Notes: a model not told the origin generated them from the letters alone. DNA of 62,906 nt, filler included, from 9 parts of 9 records of this genome joined end to end with filler, not necessarily neighbours in it, one strand, 5' to 3'; shown: positions 49,175-62,462, counted from the first letter of the whole stretch. Translations and numbers: made by a program.

Positions 49175-52100
49175 TTATGCATCCTTTTCTCTTAGATTCA
49201 AGATCTGCTGAGCAGACGGCGGTGCCACACTTGTAGCATACGCAAAGGATTTCTCTGCGCGAGACGATTGTCCGGATCGCTCATACAAGAATCCTTGTAG
49301 AAGCAGGGCAACATAGTGCCCAGGAAGAACCTTGAGTGCCTCCCGCACGTGTCTGAAAGAGTTGTAAACCATCCTCTGGGATCCCGAATTCTTCCCTTTG
49401 CCTTTTCCGTCCGTACCTTAGTCCTCGATCACACCTTGAAGTGTCATGGGCAAGTTCCGCAAGACGAACAAGGATGGCAAAACGGAGTGTGGGCCGTTGA
49501 GAGGAAACACGATTCAGTGCTTGTTGCCATGCTTTCTCTGCACCAAGAGGCGCCGAGTGGTCTCGAAGGGCGTTGGCCAGATCCTGTACGCCGTGAGCAA
49601 ACCAAACAACCAAGAATCAATCCATACCTGCCATGTGATCGGAGAATCGGGAGACAATTCCACAGACTTCCGAAAGTGAATAAAGGAATCCTCGGGCCTC
49701 CCAACCTCCAAATAACATCTTCCGGCCATGGCATGAACAATAGCTGTGGAGGGTTCCGCTGGATCACAAGACTCTAAGCACTTCAAGACCCTCTCCAACG
49801 CGGGCGTTGTCTTGCGAGACAAGAGCAGAAGCTACACATCATATATGAGCACACTCCTCCATACATGAGACAAGGAGACGTACGTCCACTTGTGCTAGCT
49901 CCAAACACAAATAGTGACGCCTGAGAACACTCTGGCGTGTCCCTGGCTGCCTCAAAAAGGCACTTGCCAGATATGTAAGGGCATATTGTAGGATTTGAGA
50001 GGCTTTGACTGCCTCCTCGCAATCTCCCGTCAGGATGACCGACGTGTGTAATGCCAGGGCCAAAAGAGACCACCCTTCGGGACTTTGAGGATCTTGATGA
50101 AGATAGCGCTATGGGCGCAGACAGAACGCATGAGTCATTGGTACGGGTGAGAAACAAACACAATCACGACCAACTTTGAACGCCGACACAGCACATGTCA
50201 CCATTCTATGGGCGCCCTTGGATTGGGAGGTACCGCGGAGCAAATTGGCTGCACCCACATAGAGGAGTAGGGATGCGTCCTCTGTGGTACCACCCTGGAA
50301 TAACAGACAGGTTTGATGTCTCTGTTGTCGTGAACTGACCACATCAGTACGCACCGGAGGAAAGGCAGACAAGGCCCCCAAAGAGACCAAGGAGTCATCG
50401 GCATCCATCAAGAAAACAGCAAGACGACTCCACAGTTCCGTGGACCGTGGATGCGCATGCACAGCCTTGAGCAAGAAATTGCGGGCCAAGGTATCTTGTC
50501 TCTACAGGTGGTGACGAGGTTGGTTTCTGCTTCACCTCTACAGAAAGCATACAGACGGACCTGCATACGACAAAGTTCGCATAGGAAACGAAGAAGCTCT
50601 GGATCATTTGGTTCGGAGAGATGGACAACGTGACTGAGTGCTGTGGAGGCCAGAACCAAATCTCCCGTTAACAATCCGAGCACATACATTGCTACCCAGC
50701 CAGGTCGATAGGTAGGGTATGCTCCGGTCCTGTTCAAGGGAATCCATATCACACACGAACCACGGTTCGAAACACCGTGCAAGACGTACACATGCACAAT
50801 AGTCCGCTTAGCACCGTCGAAATCGTTTTGATAGTACATCAGCTGCACAAGCAGGACAAGTACTTCGGCTTCTCCCTCTCCGGGCTGGGAAAGACTTAAC
50901 GCCTTCTGGAGTGCCTGATTGACCTAGACACATGCACACAGAATGAATTTTTTTTATATCTACGAGCAATACGGATTCCACATACCTCTTGCAACATCCC
51001 TTGCGAGGCATAGACGGCAGCCAGTCCACGCCACGTATGAGAATCATTAAGATCTGCGCGTTGATAGGCAGCCAAGGCATCGTGGGGGCAGTCAAGACGT
51101 TGCCAAACCCGACCTAGATTCCCGTGTACCTTGTGGTGGCAGGTGAGCTTTTTCACAGTGCAGCACAATGCAGCAACACACCGCTTGGGACCACTGAAGC
51201 TGCGGCGGATCTTCTCTACTCAAAAGGTCCACTGCAATCTGAAGTTCCTTCACGGCACTTGCGTATTCGCCATTTGCCTCAAGCAAAAGGGCGAGTGTGT
51301 TACGCATGGCAGCATCCCCTGGGGAGCATTCCACACTCTTCCTGGCAAAAAAGATTGCTCTCCTCGTTCCGTTTTGTTTCTCAGAACCCGCTAGGGATCG
51401 AGCGAAGAGATTACGCGCTGCATTGTGCTAGATCGGACAACGCGGAAGTGAGAAATGTGTCCACTTGATGTGTGGAAGGCACTACTCCACCTCGGGTTGT
51501 AGGTCTAGAGCATGGAGGAACGATTGACGGGCCAGAGCATTCCCCTCACAGGTCCCTAGAGTTTGATTCAACAGACCCAGACCAATCCAGGCCAAGGCGC
51601 GCGAGGAGTCAAGTGTTTGGGACATGGTGAAGGCTCTGTGTGCAGGGAAGATTAAGGGGATAACCGCGTGTGAATTCGATACCAACCGTGCAGATCGTTT
51701 CACATGGCCCTGTCGCAAGTAATCCAACCCCAGATTATCAAGTGGCACACCCGCCTGTCCGATACAATATCTGAGAAACATGCGAACAAAAGGAAGTGGA
51801 ATACAAGGAGCCGACCTTGGGGTTGTGTTCGGCCGAGAGGATAAAGAAATGTTGCCGAAGATCAGCACGATCTGTTTCAACGAGTCCCAAGGCATTCAAA
51901 TAGGCTGCGTCGTGTGGATCTAAGGTTGCAGCAGAACGAAAGCATCGCTTTGCCAGGCACACAAGCCCTCGGTCGGTCTCCTTCTGTTGCGCTTGGCCAA
52001 AGCACACGACACCCGCATCATACCACACCCCAGGATTGGAGGGGTGAATGTGAATAGCACGAGCATAGGCCTTGGTGGCCAATTGTGGATCCACCCGCGT

Positions 52101-55100
52101 TGAGGATCTTGGCATTACCCGATCAGATAGGTACAAAGGGATACACACACTCTCGCTCGCTCACGTTTTCTGTTGAAGCTGTTCGTGAAAAGAATATGCA
52201 TCACCAAGAAGCTTCCATAGGAGTTGCACGGTTGGATCCACACGGGATGCGTGGAGAAGAACGGTTTCACATTGACAAACAGTCACCATGGCGCGTTCGA
52301 GCATGCCATCCTTGTGAAACACCCTTTGTGTAGACATGCATCACACACACAACCTTCGTTGGCGCACACACACACTCACGCACACACCTCGCCAAGGACA
52401 ACAGAGCTTCTCCCCACCCTGCCCAACCAGGCAAAAAGTCGGGTTTCCGTGTAGTGAGGGCCATGAAACCACACGCGGCTTCATCGAATAGACCCAGTTG
52501 GAGTCGGACCCCAGCCAGCTGACATCTATGGAATCCTTTTTGTCAGCTTGGCTCAATCGTTCGAGCGGTTCGCAGTTCGCACTCGGCAAGTGTGGAGTCA
52601 GGCCGAAGCTCGAGGGCCTTCTCAAAGGCCTTGACCGATGCCACATATTTCCCCTTGCAAGGGAGATGAGCACCATCCAAGACTTGATTCAGATTCATAT
52701 CGTACCATGAGACGGTAGGTCTCCGCTAGACCAATCCAGCATCGCACATCCGAGGGATCCACACGAAGTGCGTGTTGAAAGGAAATCATTGCTCGTTGAT
52801 ACTCTTCCGACCTCTGGGGCGCAAGGGTTGGAAAGGCAGCAAACGCTACACAAGGAAGGGACACACATGTTGTTCGAAAGCCAGACGAACCCATGCCCAT
52901 TTGGCACGGGGCGAACGTTCGGAAACCTGCAAATCCACCCGAGTCACATCGCGACAGACATACAACGGCCGCAAAGCACCTCGTTATACAAGTTAACCTC
53001 GAGAGTTCGCTGCCCACTGGCACGGTACAGATCTCCCAGTGCCTCACCGGCCTGAAACCATTGAGTACTGCACACGAACGCCACACACACACACACACCC
53101 TCCCACCTCGCCCTCAAGTGGATCGAGACTGACAGCCTTAGCATAGCATCGCCGTGCTCTCCCTTCATCTTTCTCCACGTGCAGATACCAATGACCAAGA
53201 TATGTGAAGTTGGAAGCAATACCCGGATCCAGTTTCGCAGATTGGAGCAAGTGCATATAGGCATGCTCCTTCTCCGTTCGATAGTTCCCTGCCGAGAGAT
53301 GAGTATACATAGGCTCTAAGGACAAGAAGTCCCTTTGCTTACCGCCTTCGTGCCACATAATCACGCCCATGCGGTGAAGATGAAGGGCATGTGTCGGAAC
53401 AAGGGAAAGAGCGGCCTCTAGATGGCGATGGGCCTCTTCAAGCTGGTCTACAGCAAGACACAACCATCCGAGCTCACTGAGAGCCCAATCATGGGACGCT
53501 TGTATCGAAAGAATGGATTGAATGTGTTCCCTGGCCAGATCTGGGTCACGGAGGGAGAGAGCAAGAAGTGCCAGTCCCTGCAATGCAGTCATGGTTATAG
53601 AGACTCTCACCCCATTCATCAGGTACCTGAAGTGCCTCGGTGTTTGTGCTGTCTGCGAGCAGAACACGTTGATATGCCTCCTTTGCCTTTTCAGTAGCAT
53701 TTCCCTTCCGATAGGCGTGTGCAGCAGCCAGTTGGAGTCGAATACGCAATCTAGAAAACGTTATCACACCCACACCCACACATATTCAAGGCAATCTCAC
53801 TCACGTTCGCATGCTCCAACCCTCATTCTCCTTACACAAAGCTGCTTGTTCTCCATTGCGCACAGCTTCTAGAGTTTGTTGGAAGGAATTCTCCGCCAGG
53901 TGTACTTCGGCGAGAGTGGCCCAAGCGCTCACAAGGGTAGACTTCCCCTGTAACCCACGATCTAGAAGGGTCTGTGCCTCCTCTCTTCGATGGTGACGAG
54001 CCATTTCCATTCCTAGAAGAAGATGGGGAATCCATTTCTGTGGTGGTGTAGGATACGTACCGAGGTAACATGTGCCCACCGCGTTTCTAGGAAATGAGTG
54101 AGCCAATCTCTGACCGATACGCGCAAGTGTGATCCCTGTTCAAGAAAGACCACAGATCATGATTGTCGCCGTTTCCCTTTGTAAAAGAAAAAGAAACCAA
54201 CCACAAATTCCAGGTTCCTTCTCTTCCGTCAGCTCCATCAACACCTCAAACGGGATAGGCGACACGGGATGGCGTCGTGCAAGATCTGTAGCGGTCGTTA
54301 CCAAAAGCTCCCTGAACTGGAGTCCAAGTTACGAACACAGACAGAACACAACCACGATCCACTCACCCCAGCCCTCTGTGGCCCGTCACGGCTTGCTTGC
54401 ATGCGTCCACGGATTCTGTGAACAAAAGCACAAACAATCTCTGCGGGACAGGGCAGATCTGAGCGGAGTGCGGCGTCAACCACAACATCCACCTTTGGGA
54501 GCATCGGTCAGTCCACGGAGCGCGTACAGTGTGTACAAAACGTCTCACCCTTGGATCAGATAGTCGCTCCACACACACAGCGGCCTGCAAGGTTGATCGC
54601 ACATATCCCTCGTCTTCCGTCTGCGTCTCGCTCGCTCCCTTCGCACGTCGCCGCATCTCTTTCACCATACGCTTCTCCACCTCTTCCGTAATACGATCGT
54701 TCTCAATTGCAAGTGTGAGTTGGGCAATATGGACGTGAACGTCGTGGTCACTAGAGGGATCAGCCTTCACGGACACCAGATCGTGCCATCGCGCCAGTGC
54801 CTATGTTCACGTTTCAATAGGAAAAGATCTCTCCACGCCCTTTCGCAATGCAAACCTCATCTCTCTTGCCCAAGACTTCACACACACCGGCCAGCCGTCG
54901 TCTGTATTCGATATTTCGCTGTTCATCTTTGCTATAGGGACCCACAAAGACAAAGAATTACACAGTGGTACTGTATCCACGAGATACGAACCCTGTTGTC
55001 ACGTCCACAAGAACACGAAGCACTTCGTCCATCTTCACGTCTTCTTTCGTTTGTGTGTAAATCTCAAGCAGGCCCTTTCCAACAACGACACGTCACTCTG

Positions 55101-55405
55101 CACGCATTCACATCGTCATATCCCAACTTGCCACGCCTGGGGTGCCGTGTTGTGAATCTCAACAGCCTTACGGTACGCCTGTTCGGCTTGTTGCAGCTGG
55201 GGAGGGTCCAACCGTCCCGCTGCGAGTCCTATGTACACGAACACCGTGTAGTTCTTCCACGATCGTCAGAAGACCTCCAACCAACCACCGACCGAACCTT
55301 CTTGTCATATTTGAGGGCTTCCTTGCATCGGCGGAGAACTTCTTTATAGTTCTTCTCCTTGATAGCCTCCTGTGCCCCTTTAAGAGCGGCCCGAAGATCC
55401 GCCAT
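49175..55405 (-). CDS. SKI3: Eukaryotic SKI3/TTC37 (superkiller complex TPR subunit), apparently complete, many short introns
   Basis: Spliced N-terminus MADLRAALKGAQEAIKEKNYKEVLRRCKEALKYDKK|NYTVFVYIG...QAEQAYRKA...AWQ|GL; LQSAKLDP...FTYLGHWY...RARRCYAKA; FQHALRVDPSD..CWIGLAETY. Traced introns: 55254-55297, 55075-55127, 54932-54991 and 54801-54855. Confidence 0.88.
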
Positions 55406-55653
55406 GAGATGACACAGAAGGGAGAGAAAGAGAATGGCGATCAGCAGACCATTCCGTCCCTTGTTCGCGCCTGGGTTCCTCTCCTTCCCACGAGGGATCG
55501 ATGAGCGAGCGTCGCAGGAGAGATGGTGGCACCACGTTGGGTCAATGCATGCGNNNNNNNNNNNNNNNNNNNNNNNNNNNNNNNNNNNNNNNNNNNNTTA
55601 ATTAATTAANNNNNNNNNNNNNNNNNNNNNNNNNNNNNNNNNNNNNNNNNNNN

Positions 55654-58590
55654 AGAAAGCCGTCATCAGGATGGGCCTGAAACGGAGCTTGGCCGCTTCA
55701 ATGGCCGAATCAAAGAGGGAGTGTCCCTCATCAAATTTTAGTTTGGCGAATTCCACAATCAGGATAGCATTTTTTGCGGCCATGGCGATCAGCATGACCA
55801 GGGATATCTGGGTAAAGACATTGTTCTCATAGCTGAGACTGAAATAGCGGAAAACCAAAATGGCCGTCAGCGCACCGAAAATGGCGAAAGGCGTCCCGAG
55901 CAGAATGCTGAAGGGCAGGGACCAGCTTTCGTATTGGGCCGCTAGAATCAGGTAGACAAAAATGAGAGCGAACCCGAAAACAATCGCCCCGGAGCCGGCT
56001 GCCTCCTTTTCCTGATAAGACATGTTGCTCCACTGGTAACCCATCTCCGGCGGCAGGACCTCACTGGCCACCTCTTCCAATGCGGTCAGGGCCTGGGCGG
56101 AGGTGTATCCCGGGGCCGGGGAGCCGGTCACTTCCGTGGCACGGAAAAGGTTGAAGCGGTAGGTGAAGTCGGGTCCGGAGGTCTCCTTGACCTCGACAAA
56201 AGCCGAAAGGGGGACGCTCTCCCCGTCCTGGTTGTTGATGAAGAAAAGGTCGATCTGATCCTCGCCCTGGCGGTACTCGGGCTCGGCCTGGATATAGGCT
56301 TTATAGAGCCGTCCGAAGCGGTTGAAGTCGTTCACGTAGGCCCCTCCCAGAAAGGCGCTGATAGTTGTATACATGTCGTTCAGGGAGATGCCCGCCTTGA
56401 GGGCCTTGTCGCGGTTGATCGAGATCAGTTTCTGGGGGACGCTGGGCTGGAAGGTGGTAAAGATCGCCCCGATTTCCGGCCTCTGGCGGGCGGCCTGGAT
56501 GAATTTCATGGTCTGCTCGCCGAGGAAGGCCGGGGTGTTGCCGGCCTTGTCCTGGAGCATGATGGTGAAGCCCGAACCGCTCCCAAGGCCGGGGATGGCC
56601 GGCGGTCCGAAAGCGAAAACCTGGGCTTCATTGACCCCGAAGTGGAACTGGATATTCAACGCATTGACCAGGTCCTGTACGGTTTTTTCCCGCTCGCTCC
56701 AGTCGACCAGCGACAGGAAAATGAAGCCCGAGTTGGAGGACATGCTCCCCGACAGCATGCTGTATCCAGCCGCGGTGGTTACATATTTCACTTCCTTGTG
56801 CTGCTGGATGATCTTCTCGACCTTTTTGCACACCACATCCGTTCTCTGCAGGGAAGCGGCGTCGGGAAGCTGAAGGTTGACGAACAGGTAGCCCATATCC
56901 TCTGCCGGAATGAATCCGCCTGGGAGCAGTTTTCCGACCACACCCGTACCCCCAGCGATGATGGCGATGAAGACCAGGCCGAGGGTGATTTTGCGCGTGA
57001 CAACATTGGTGAAACTCATGTAGGAGGTCGCGGAGCGGTCAAAGGCCTTGTTGAAGAGTCCGAAAAATACTCCCAGTGGCCCTCTGGCTGGCTGCTTTTT
57101 TTCAGCAGCAGGGAGCTGAGCGCCGGGCTGAGGGTGAGGGCGTTGACCGAAGAAAAGCAGACCGAGACCGCCACGGTGATGGCGAACTGCTGGTAGAGGC
57201 GACCCGTGATACCGCCCATGGCGGCCACCGGAATGAAGACCGCCACCAGCACGAGGGTGGTGGCGACGATCAGGGCCGACACCTCCTTCATGGCCTGGAC
57301 AGTGGCTTCTCTCGGATTCATGCCGTTTTCGATATTGACCTGCACCGCCTCGACCACCACGATGGCGTCGTCGACCACGATGCCCAGGGCCAGCACCATT
57401 CCCAACAGCGACAGCACGTTGACGGTAAAGCCGAGGAGAGGGAAAACGGTGAAAGCCCCCATCAGGGAAACAGGTATGGCCAGGGTCGGGATCAGTGTGG
57501 CCCGCCAGTCCTGGATGAACAGCCAGACCACGAAAATAACCAGCGCCAGAGCTACCAGGAGGGTGACCACGATCTCCCTGATCCCTGCGGTGATCGGTTC
57601 CGTGGTATCAATGGAGATATCGTACTTGATGCTTTTCGGGAAGGATTTCGCCAGATCCGCCATGGTGTTTCTGATCTGTTGGGCCAGTTCCACCGCATTG
57701 GAGCCGGGGGCTTGGTAAAGAGCGATGATCGAACACTCCTGGTTATCCAGCCGGGTGAAAGCGTTATAGGTTTCCACCCCCAGTTCGACCCTTGCGATAT
57801 GCTTGATCTTGACCTGGGATCCTCCCTCCGTGGTTCGCACCACGATCTCCCCGAACTCCTCCTCCGACTGCAGGCGGTCGGGGAGACGCACCGTGTAGGT
57901 GAACTCGGTGCCGGGCGGTGCCGGTTCGGCTCCGAACTTGCCGCCGGGAACGATGACGTTCTGGGCCTTGATGGCCTCCATGATTTCCGGGATGGTGATT
58001 CCGAGCTGGGCCAGCCGATCCGGTTTGATCCAGATGCGCATGGAATAGTCGGCTGCACCGAGTACGCTAACCCGTCCGATCCCCTTGATGCGGGCCAGTA
58101 CATCCTGAATATTGATCAGCGCGTAATTTCCCAGGAAGTCCTGGTCGTAACGCCCCTCTTCCGAGGTCAGGGTGACGAGCATGAGGATGTTGGGAAGGGA
58201 CTTCTGGGTGGTGACTCCGAAGCGCTTGACCTCTTCCGGTAGTTTGGCCGTGGCTGCGGAGACCCGATTCTGGGTGAAGACGGTGTTCATGTCGGGATCG
58301 GTGCCGACCTCGAAGGACGTCTGGATGTTCATGGTACCGTCGTTGGCGTTGGTCGACTTCATGTAGATCATGTTGTCCACGCCGTTGATCTGCTGCTCCA
58401 GCGGGGTGGCCACCGACTGTTCCACATTCAGGGCATTGGCGCCCGTATAGGTTGCTCGTACCTCAACGATGGGGGTGATGTCGGGATATTGCTCAATCGG
58501 GAGCGTGAGCATTGAAATTGTTCCGACAATGGCCGTGATAATGGCGATGACAATGGCGACGATCGGCCGTCTGACAAAAAAATTACCCAT
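55654..58590 (-). CDS. HAE1/AcrB-family RND efflux permease, 3'-truncated, frameshift at A7 run 57096-57102
   Basis: FFVRRPIVA, ATPLEQQINGV, GIVVDDAIVVVE, LAAQYESW, KNAILIVEFA and LRFRPILMT. Confidence 0.95.
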
Positions 58591-58596
58591 GGCGGA

Positions 58597-59766
58597 TTAC
58601 TGCTTTTCCATTTCAGCGGGTTTGACATCCTGGACGACCGGATTCACGGTAGCACCGTCCGTAACCTTCTGGAGTCCTTCATAAACCACTTTTTCTCCGG
58701 GTTTAAGGCCTTCCTGAATCAGCCACTGGTCCCTGATCGTGGGCCCGACCTTGACTTCCCGTTCTTCCACCCTGCCGTTTTCATCCACGACGAAAACGCT
58801 GTGAAGTCCCTGGATCTCCCGAACACAGCGTTGTGGTATCAGGATTCCGTCCTTCACATCGGCCACTTTTCCCCTCACCTTGGCGAACTGGCCCGGGCGG
58901 ATGAGTTTGTCCGGATTGGGGAAGGACGCCTGGATCAGGATGGCCCCGGTGGTGGGGTCCACCTGCCGATCGATGAAATCGTATTTTCCCTTGTGAGGGT
59001 ACTTGGTGCCGTCCGCCAGAATCAGTTCGAGGTTGTTCTCTCTCTCATCATCCTGGCCGTTTTTATTTCCAGCCCCGTTGCTCTCTTGTCTTTCGAGGTA
59101 GCGGCGGGCGAATTGAAGATACTGTGTTTCCGTCAGGAAAAACTGGACGAGAACGCTATTGATGTCAGAAACCACGTTCAGGATCACCGGGTTAGGGCTG
59201 CGCCCCACAAAATCGCCGACTTTGGCCTGGGTCTTGCCGATGATTCCGTTGATGGGGGAGTTGATGCGGGTATAGCCGAGTTGTATCCTGGAGGCTCTGA
59301 GGTTGGCTTTGGCTGCCTCCACTGAGGATTGATAGGCCTCATACTGTGCCACGGCGGCATCGAGATCGCTCTCGCTGACCGCCTTGGTTTTTGCCAGCGG
59401 CCTGATCCGGTTCAAATCGCTACGTGCTTTTGCCAACATAGTCTTCGCTTCGGCAACTTTGCTCATCTTGGCGGCCACATCCGCCTCGAACGGCTGGCTT
59501 TCGAGCGTGTAGAGGCTGTCCCCTTTCTTGACTACGGAGCCTTCCTGGAAATGGATCTCATCCAGAAAGCCCTCCACTCGGGCCCGGATGGTGATGTCCT
59601 TCAGGCCAAAAACCTGGCCGACGAAATCCTGAAAAATGGGGACTTCCTCTGCTTTTGTCACAATCACCGGGATATCGAGGGGAGGAGGCTTGACGGCCTC
59701 ATCCTTGCCGCAGGAAAAAAGAACAACCAGAGAACCGACTATGAGGAGCAATATTTTAGGGTTCAT
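58597..59766 (-). CDS. RND periplasmic adaptor (membrane fusion lipoprotein)
   Basis: Lipobox-like LFSC, IRARVEGFL, LGYTRINSPING, VDPTTG and PGQF. Confidence 0.93.
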   Translation of the reverse strand: MNPKILLLIVGSLVVLFSCGKDEAVKPPPLDIPVIVTKAEEVPIFQDFVGQVFGLKDITIRARVEGFLDEIHFQEGSVVKKGDSLYTLESQPFEADVAAKMSKVAEAKTMLAKARSDLNRIRPLAKTKAVSESDLDAAVAQYEAYQSSVEAAKANLRASRIQLGYTRINSPINGIIGKTQAKVGDFVGRSPNPVILNVVSDINSVLVQFFLTETQYLQFARRYLERQESNGAGNKNGQDDERENNLELILADGTKYPHKGKYDFIDRQVDPTTGAILIQASFPNPDKLIRPGQFAKVRGKVADVKDGILIPQRCVREIQGLHSVFVVDENGRVEEREVKVGPTIRDQWLIQEGLKPGEKVVYEGLQKVTDGATVNPVVQDVKPAEMEKQ

Positions 59767-60224
59767 TTTTTTCTTTTCGCGTTGGTAAGAGGCAATGAAT
59801 CGCACATGGTTTTTCGCCGGATTTGAATAAAGAAAAGTGAGAGATCAGATGGTGAACTGCTAACTAAGATATATTATTAGGTAGAAAGTATCACAGATGA
59901 TTTTAATGTAAAGATTTTTAATCCCAAAGCAACAAGCTGGGAGCAAGGAGGAAATCATATTTTCTTACAAGTGCTATGAGCCCGAATATTTTTTGCTTTC
60001 CAACGGCCCAAAAAGGTCGCTTGGAGCAAGTGGCTTACCAAAGGAACGTTGACAGATCAATTGGTTGTGAGCCAGAATCTAGCGGCAGGCAATCTCGCAT
60101 TCCAAAAAGGTTGTTTGTCATTCTGCTGCAACCGGAAATGGCACGCCATCTCACGCGCACTTGTCGGTTTCGCGAAAAAGCCCCATGAATAAATCGTCCT
60201 GAACTATTTGTCTGGAGCGGATCA

Positions 60225-61148
60225 ATGAACCCTGAAGAGCTTGTCTGTATAGATCTTGACCAACCGAAACTCGTAGGATTTAGAAAATTTCTCAGCTCCT
60301 GGTTGTGCCGCTGGGAGGGCAAAACTTTCCTTGTCGATCCCGGCCCTCTTTCGACCATTTCTCACCTGTTAAATGAGTTGCGCCGTCATAACGTTGAACA
60401 CCTCGATTATGTCCTCCTGACCCATATCCACATCGACCATGCCGGTGGTACCGGCGAATTGCTCAAAACCTTCCCTGAGGCTTGCGTGATCTGCCACCCG
60501 GACGGGATTAGGCACATGATCGCTCCGGAGAAGCTCTGGCAGGGATCTCTCAAAGTTCTGGGGACGGTGGCTGAGGCCTACGGTGAGATCCTGCCGGTTC
60601 CGGCCGACAGGATAGGGTTTGAAGAAAAGATTGAAGAGACCGGCCTGCGTGTTTTTCTCACCCCGGGTCATGCTGCCCACCATGCCTGCTATCTTATGGG
60701 CGATCTGCTCTTTGGCGGCGAAGTGGCTGGCGTGCGCTGTGAGGTGTCGGACGGCATCTACATGCGTCCCGCCACCCCGCCGCGCTTCATTCTCGAAGTG
60801 GCTCTCGACTCCCTCGATCGCATGCTGGAGCTGAAACCCCACCGCATGGTTTTCGGTCATTACGGTCTGGTGGATACCGCCATGGAGCATCTGCGGATCG
60901 GTCGCAATCAGCTTCTCCTGTGGGTGCAGGGTGTCGCCGCAACTGCTGCAATTGAAGAATCGAAACGCCAAGAGGCGTTTTACGAGTGGCTTCTGGCGCG
61001 GGACAGACACTATAGCAACATCAGCCAGCTGGAACCGGATATTTTTGCCCGTGAGCGCATATTCCTGGGGAATACGCTGCGGGGGATGAGTGAATATGTG
61101 GACTCTCTTTCAGAGCATGAACGCCAGGCGCTGGGAGAGGTGCCGTAA
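60225..61148 (+). CDS. Metallo-beta-lactamase-fold hydrolase
   Basis: LVDPGP, THIHIDHAGG, TPGHAAHH and FGHYG. Confidence 0.92.
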   Translation: MNPEELVCIDLDQPKLVGFRKFLSSWLCRWEGKTFLVDPGPLSTISHLLNELRRHNVEHLDYVLLTHIHIDHAGGTGELLKTFPEACVICHPDGIRHMIAPEKLWQGSLKVLGTVAEAYGEILPVPADRIGFEEKIEETGLRVFLTPGHAAHHACYLMGDLLFGGEVAGVRCEVSDGIYMRPATPPRFILEVALDSLDRMLELKPHRMVFGHYGLVDTAMEHLRIGRNQLLLWVQGVAATAAIEESKRQEAFYEWLLARDRHYSNISQLEPDIFARERIFLGNTLRGMSEYVDSLSEHERQALGEVP

Positions 61149-61164
61149 TTGATAGTTGCGCCGG

Positions 61165-62448
61165 TTATTTGGGATTGTTGGCGAATGATTCCTTCAGCAG
61201 CAGGCTGGAGAGGAATGCGAGACAGGCGGAGGCAAAGAAAAGCTGGAAGGCGAAGCCATAGGCAGCGGCACTAAAGGTTTGTGCCCCCTGGTTTTGGGAC
61301 TCCAGCAGGTAGCCGACTGCCGGCTGCATGAGAGCGCCCCCGAGAAAAGGAAACAGATTGACGAGACCGATCGCGGTGCCGGCGATGCGCACGGGAAAAA
61401 GTTCCTTGCTCATGGTAAAGCCGATGGCCACGACGCTGCTGGCGGAGAGGCTCATTAAAAAGACCAGTACATAAAGCATCGGTTTGGACATGCCCGCCGG
61501 GAAAAAGGTGAGGGGGATGGTCACCAGAACCAGGGTTAGCGAGGCCGCCACCAAGATGATCTTGCGGGAACGGATGCGGTCGGAAAGTATGCACAGGAGT
61601 GGACTTCCGACGATCATGGCCAGAGCCAGCATATTCATTACTCCGCCGGCCTGCATTTTGGTCAATCCGTAGACGTGGATCAGGTAGGGGACTCCCCAGA
61701 GTCCGCCAAACGCGAAGAAAACTCCACAGGAAAAGAAAAACCAGGCGGCCAGAGGCCAGAATGAACGGGTGGAAACCACGGTCTTCAAACCGTCCAGCAG
61801 TCCGGTTCCCCTTGTTTCGTCCCCCGCCGCAGGAGCCGTCTCTTCCATGGCCGGAAAACCTTTTTCCTGCGGAGTGTTGCGAACGAACACCCAGATAGCC
61901 GCTGCCAGAACCAGGGTGGCGAGACCTATGGCGATGAAACTTCCCCGCCAGCCGAGGGTTTCGCTCAGGTAGGCGAGGGGTGTGGCGGTGGTGAGAACGC
62001 CCACTCCTCCCAGGGCCATGAGAATTCCCGTCACCCTGGCGAATTCGGAAGTTCTGAACCAGTGGGTGAGTATCTTGAGGGTTGCCACGAAGAGCATCGA
62101 GACGCCGACGCCGACAATTATCCGGGCGAAGATGGCCCACCCCACCGACGTCACAATCCCCAGAAAAATGGAGGCCAGTCCGGCCAGAACGAAGCTGAAG
62201 GTGACGGTGCGGCGCGGTCCCAGGGAGTCGGCCAGAAGTCCGGAAGGGAGCTGCATCAGGGCATAGGGGTAGAAGTAGCCGGATGCCAGCAGGCCGATCA
62301 GAGTCCCTCCTACACCGAGATCCCTCATCATATCGAGAGCCACGACGTTGGTGCTCAAACGGTGGAAATAGACCAGGATATAGCCGAAGGCGAGGAGGCC
62401 GAAGACCACCCAGCGATAAGAGGCTATATTTCGGGCTTTGTCATTCAT
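61165..62448 (-). CDS. MFS transporter
   Basis: About 12 TM segments; YFYPYALMQLPSGLLADSLGPRR (motif A). Confidence 0.93.
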   Translation of the reverse strand: MNDKARNIASYRWVVFGLLAFGYILVYFHRLSTNVVALDMMRDLGVGGTLIGLLASGYFYPYALMQLPSGLLADSLGPRRTVTFSFVLAGLASIFLGIVTSVGWAIFARIIVGVGVSMLFVATLKILTHWFRTSEFARVTGILMALGGVGVLTTATPLAYLSETLGWRGSFIAIGLATLVLAAAIWVFVRNTPQEKGFPAMEETAPAAGDETRGTGLLDGLKTVVSTRSFWPLAAWFFFSCGVFFAFGGLWGVPYLIHVYGLTKMQAGGVMNMLALAMIVGSPLLCILSDRIRSRKIILVAASLTLVLVTIPLTFFPAGMSKPMLYVLVFLMSLSASSVVAIGFTMSKELFPVRIAGTAIGLVNLFPFLGGALMQPAVGYLLESQNQGAQTFSAAAYGFAFQLFFASACLAFLSSLLLKESFANNPK

Positions 62449-62462
62449 GGGAAATTTTCCTG

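Noticed and set aside
49175-55405. Alternative genetic code or pseudogenisation to explain the fragmented ORFs in the eukaryotic contigs
   Set aside because: In every region I traced, the stops fall inside canonical GT-AG introns and the exons join in frame.
60139-60155. TGGCAC as a sigma54 -24 box upstream of the MBL hydrolase gene
   Set aside because: There is no TTGC at the required -12 spacing.
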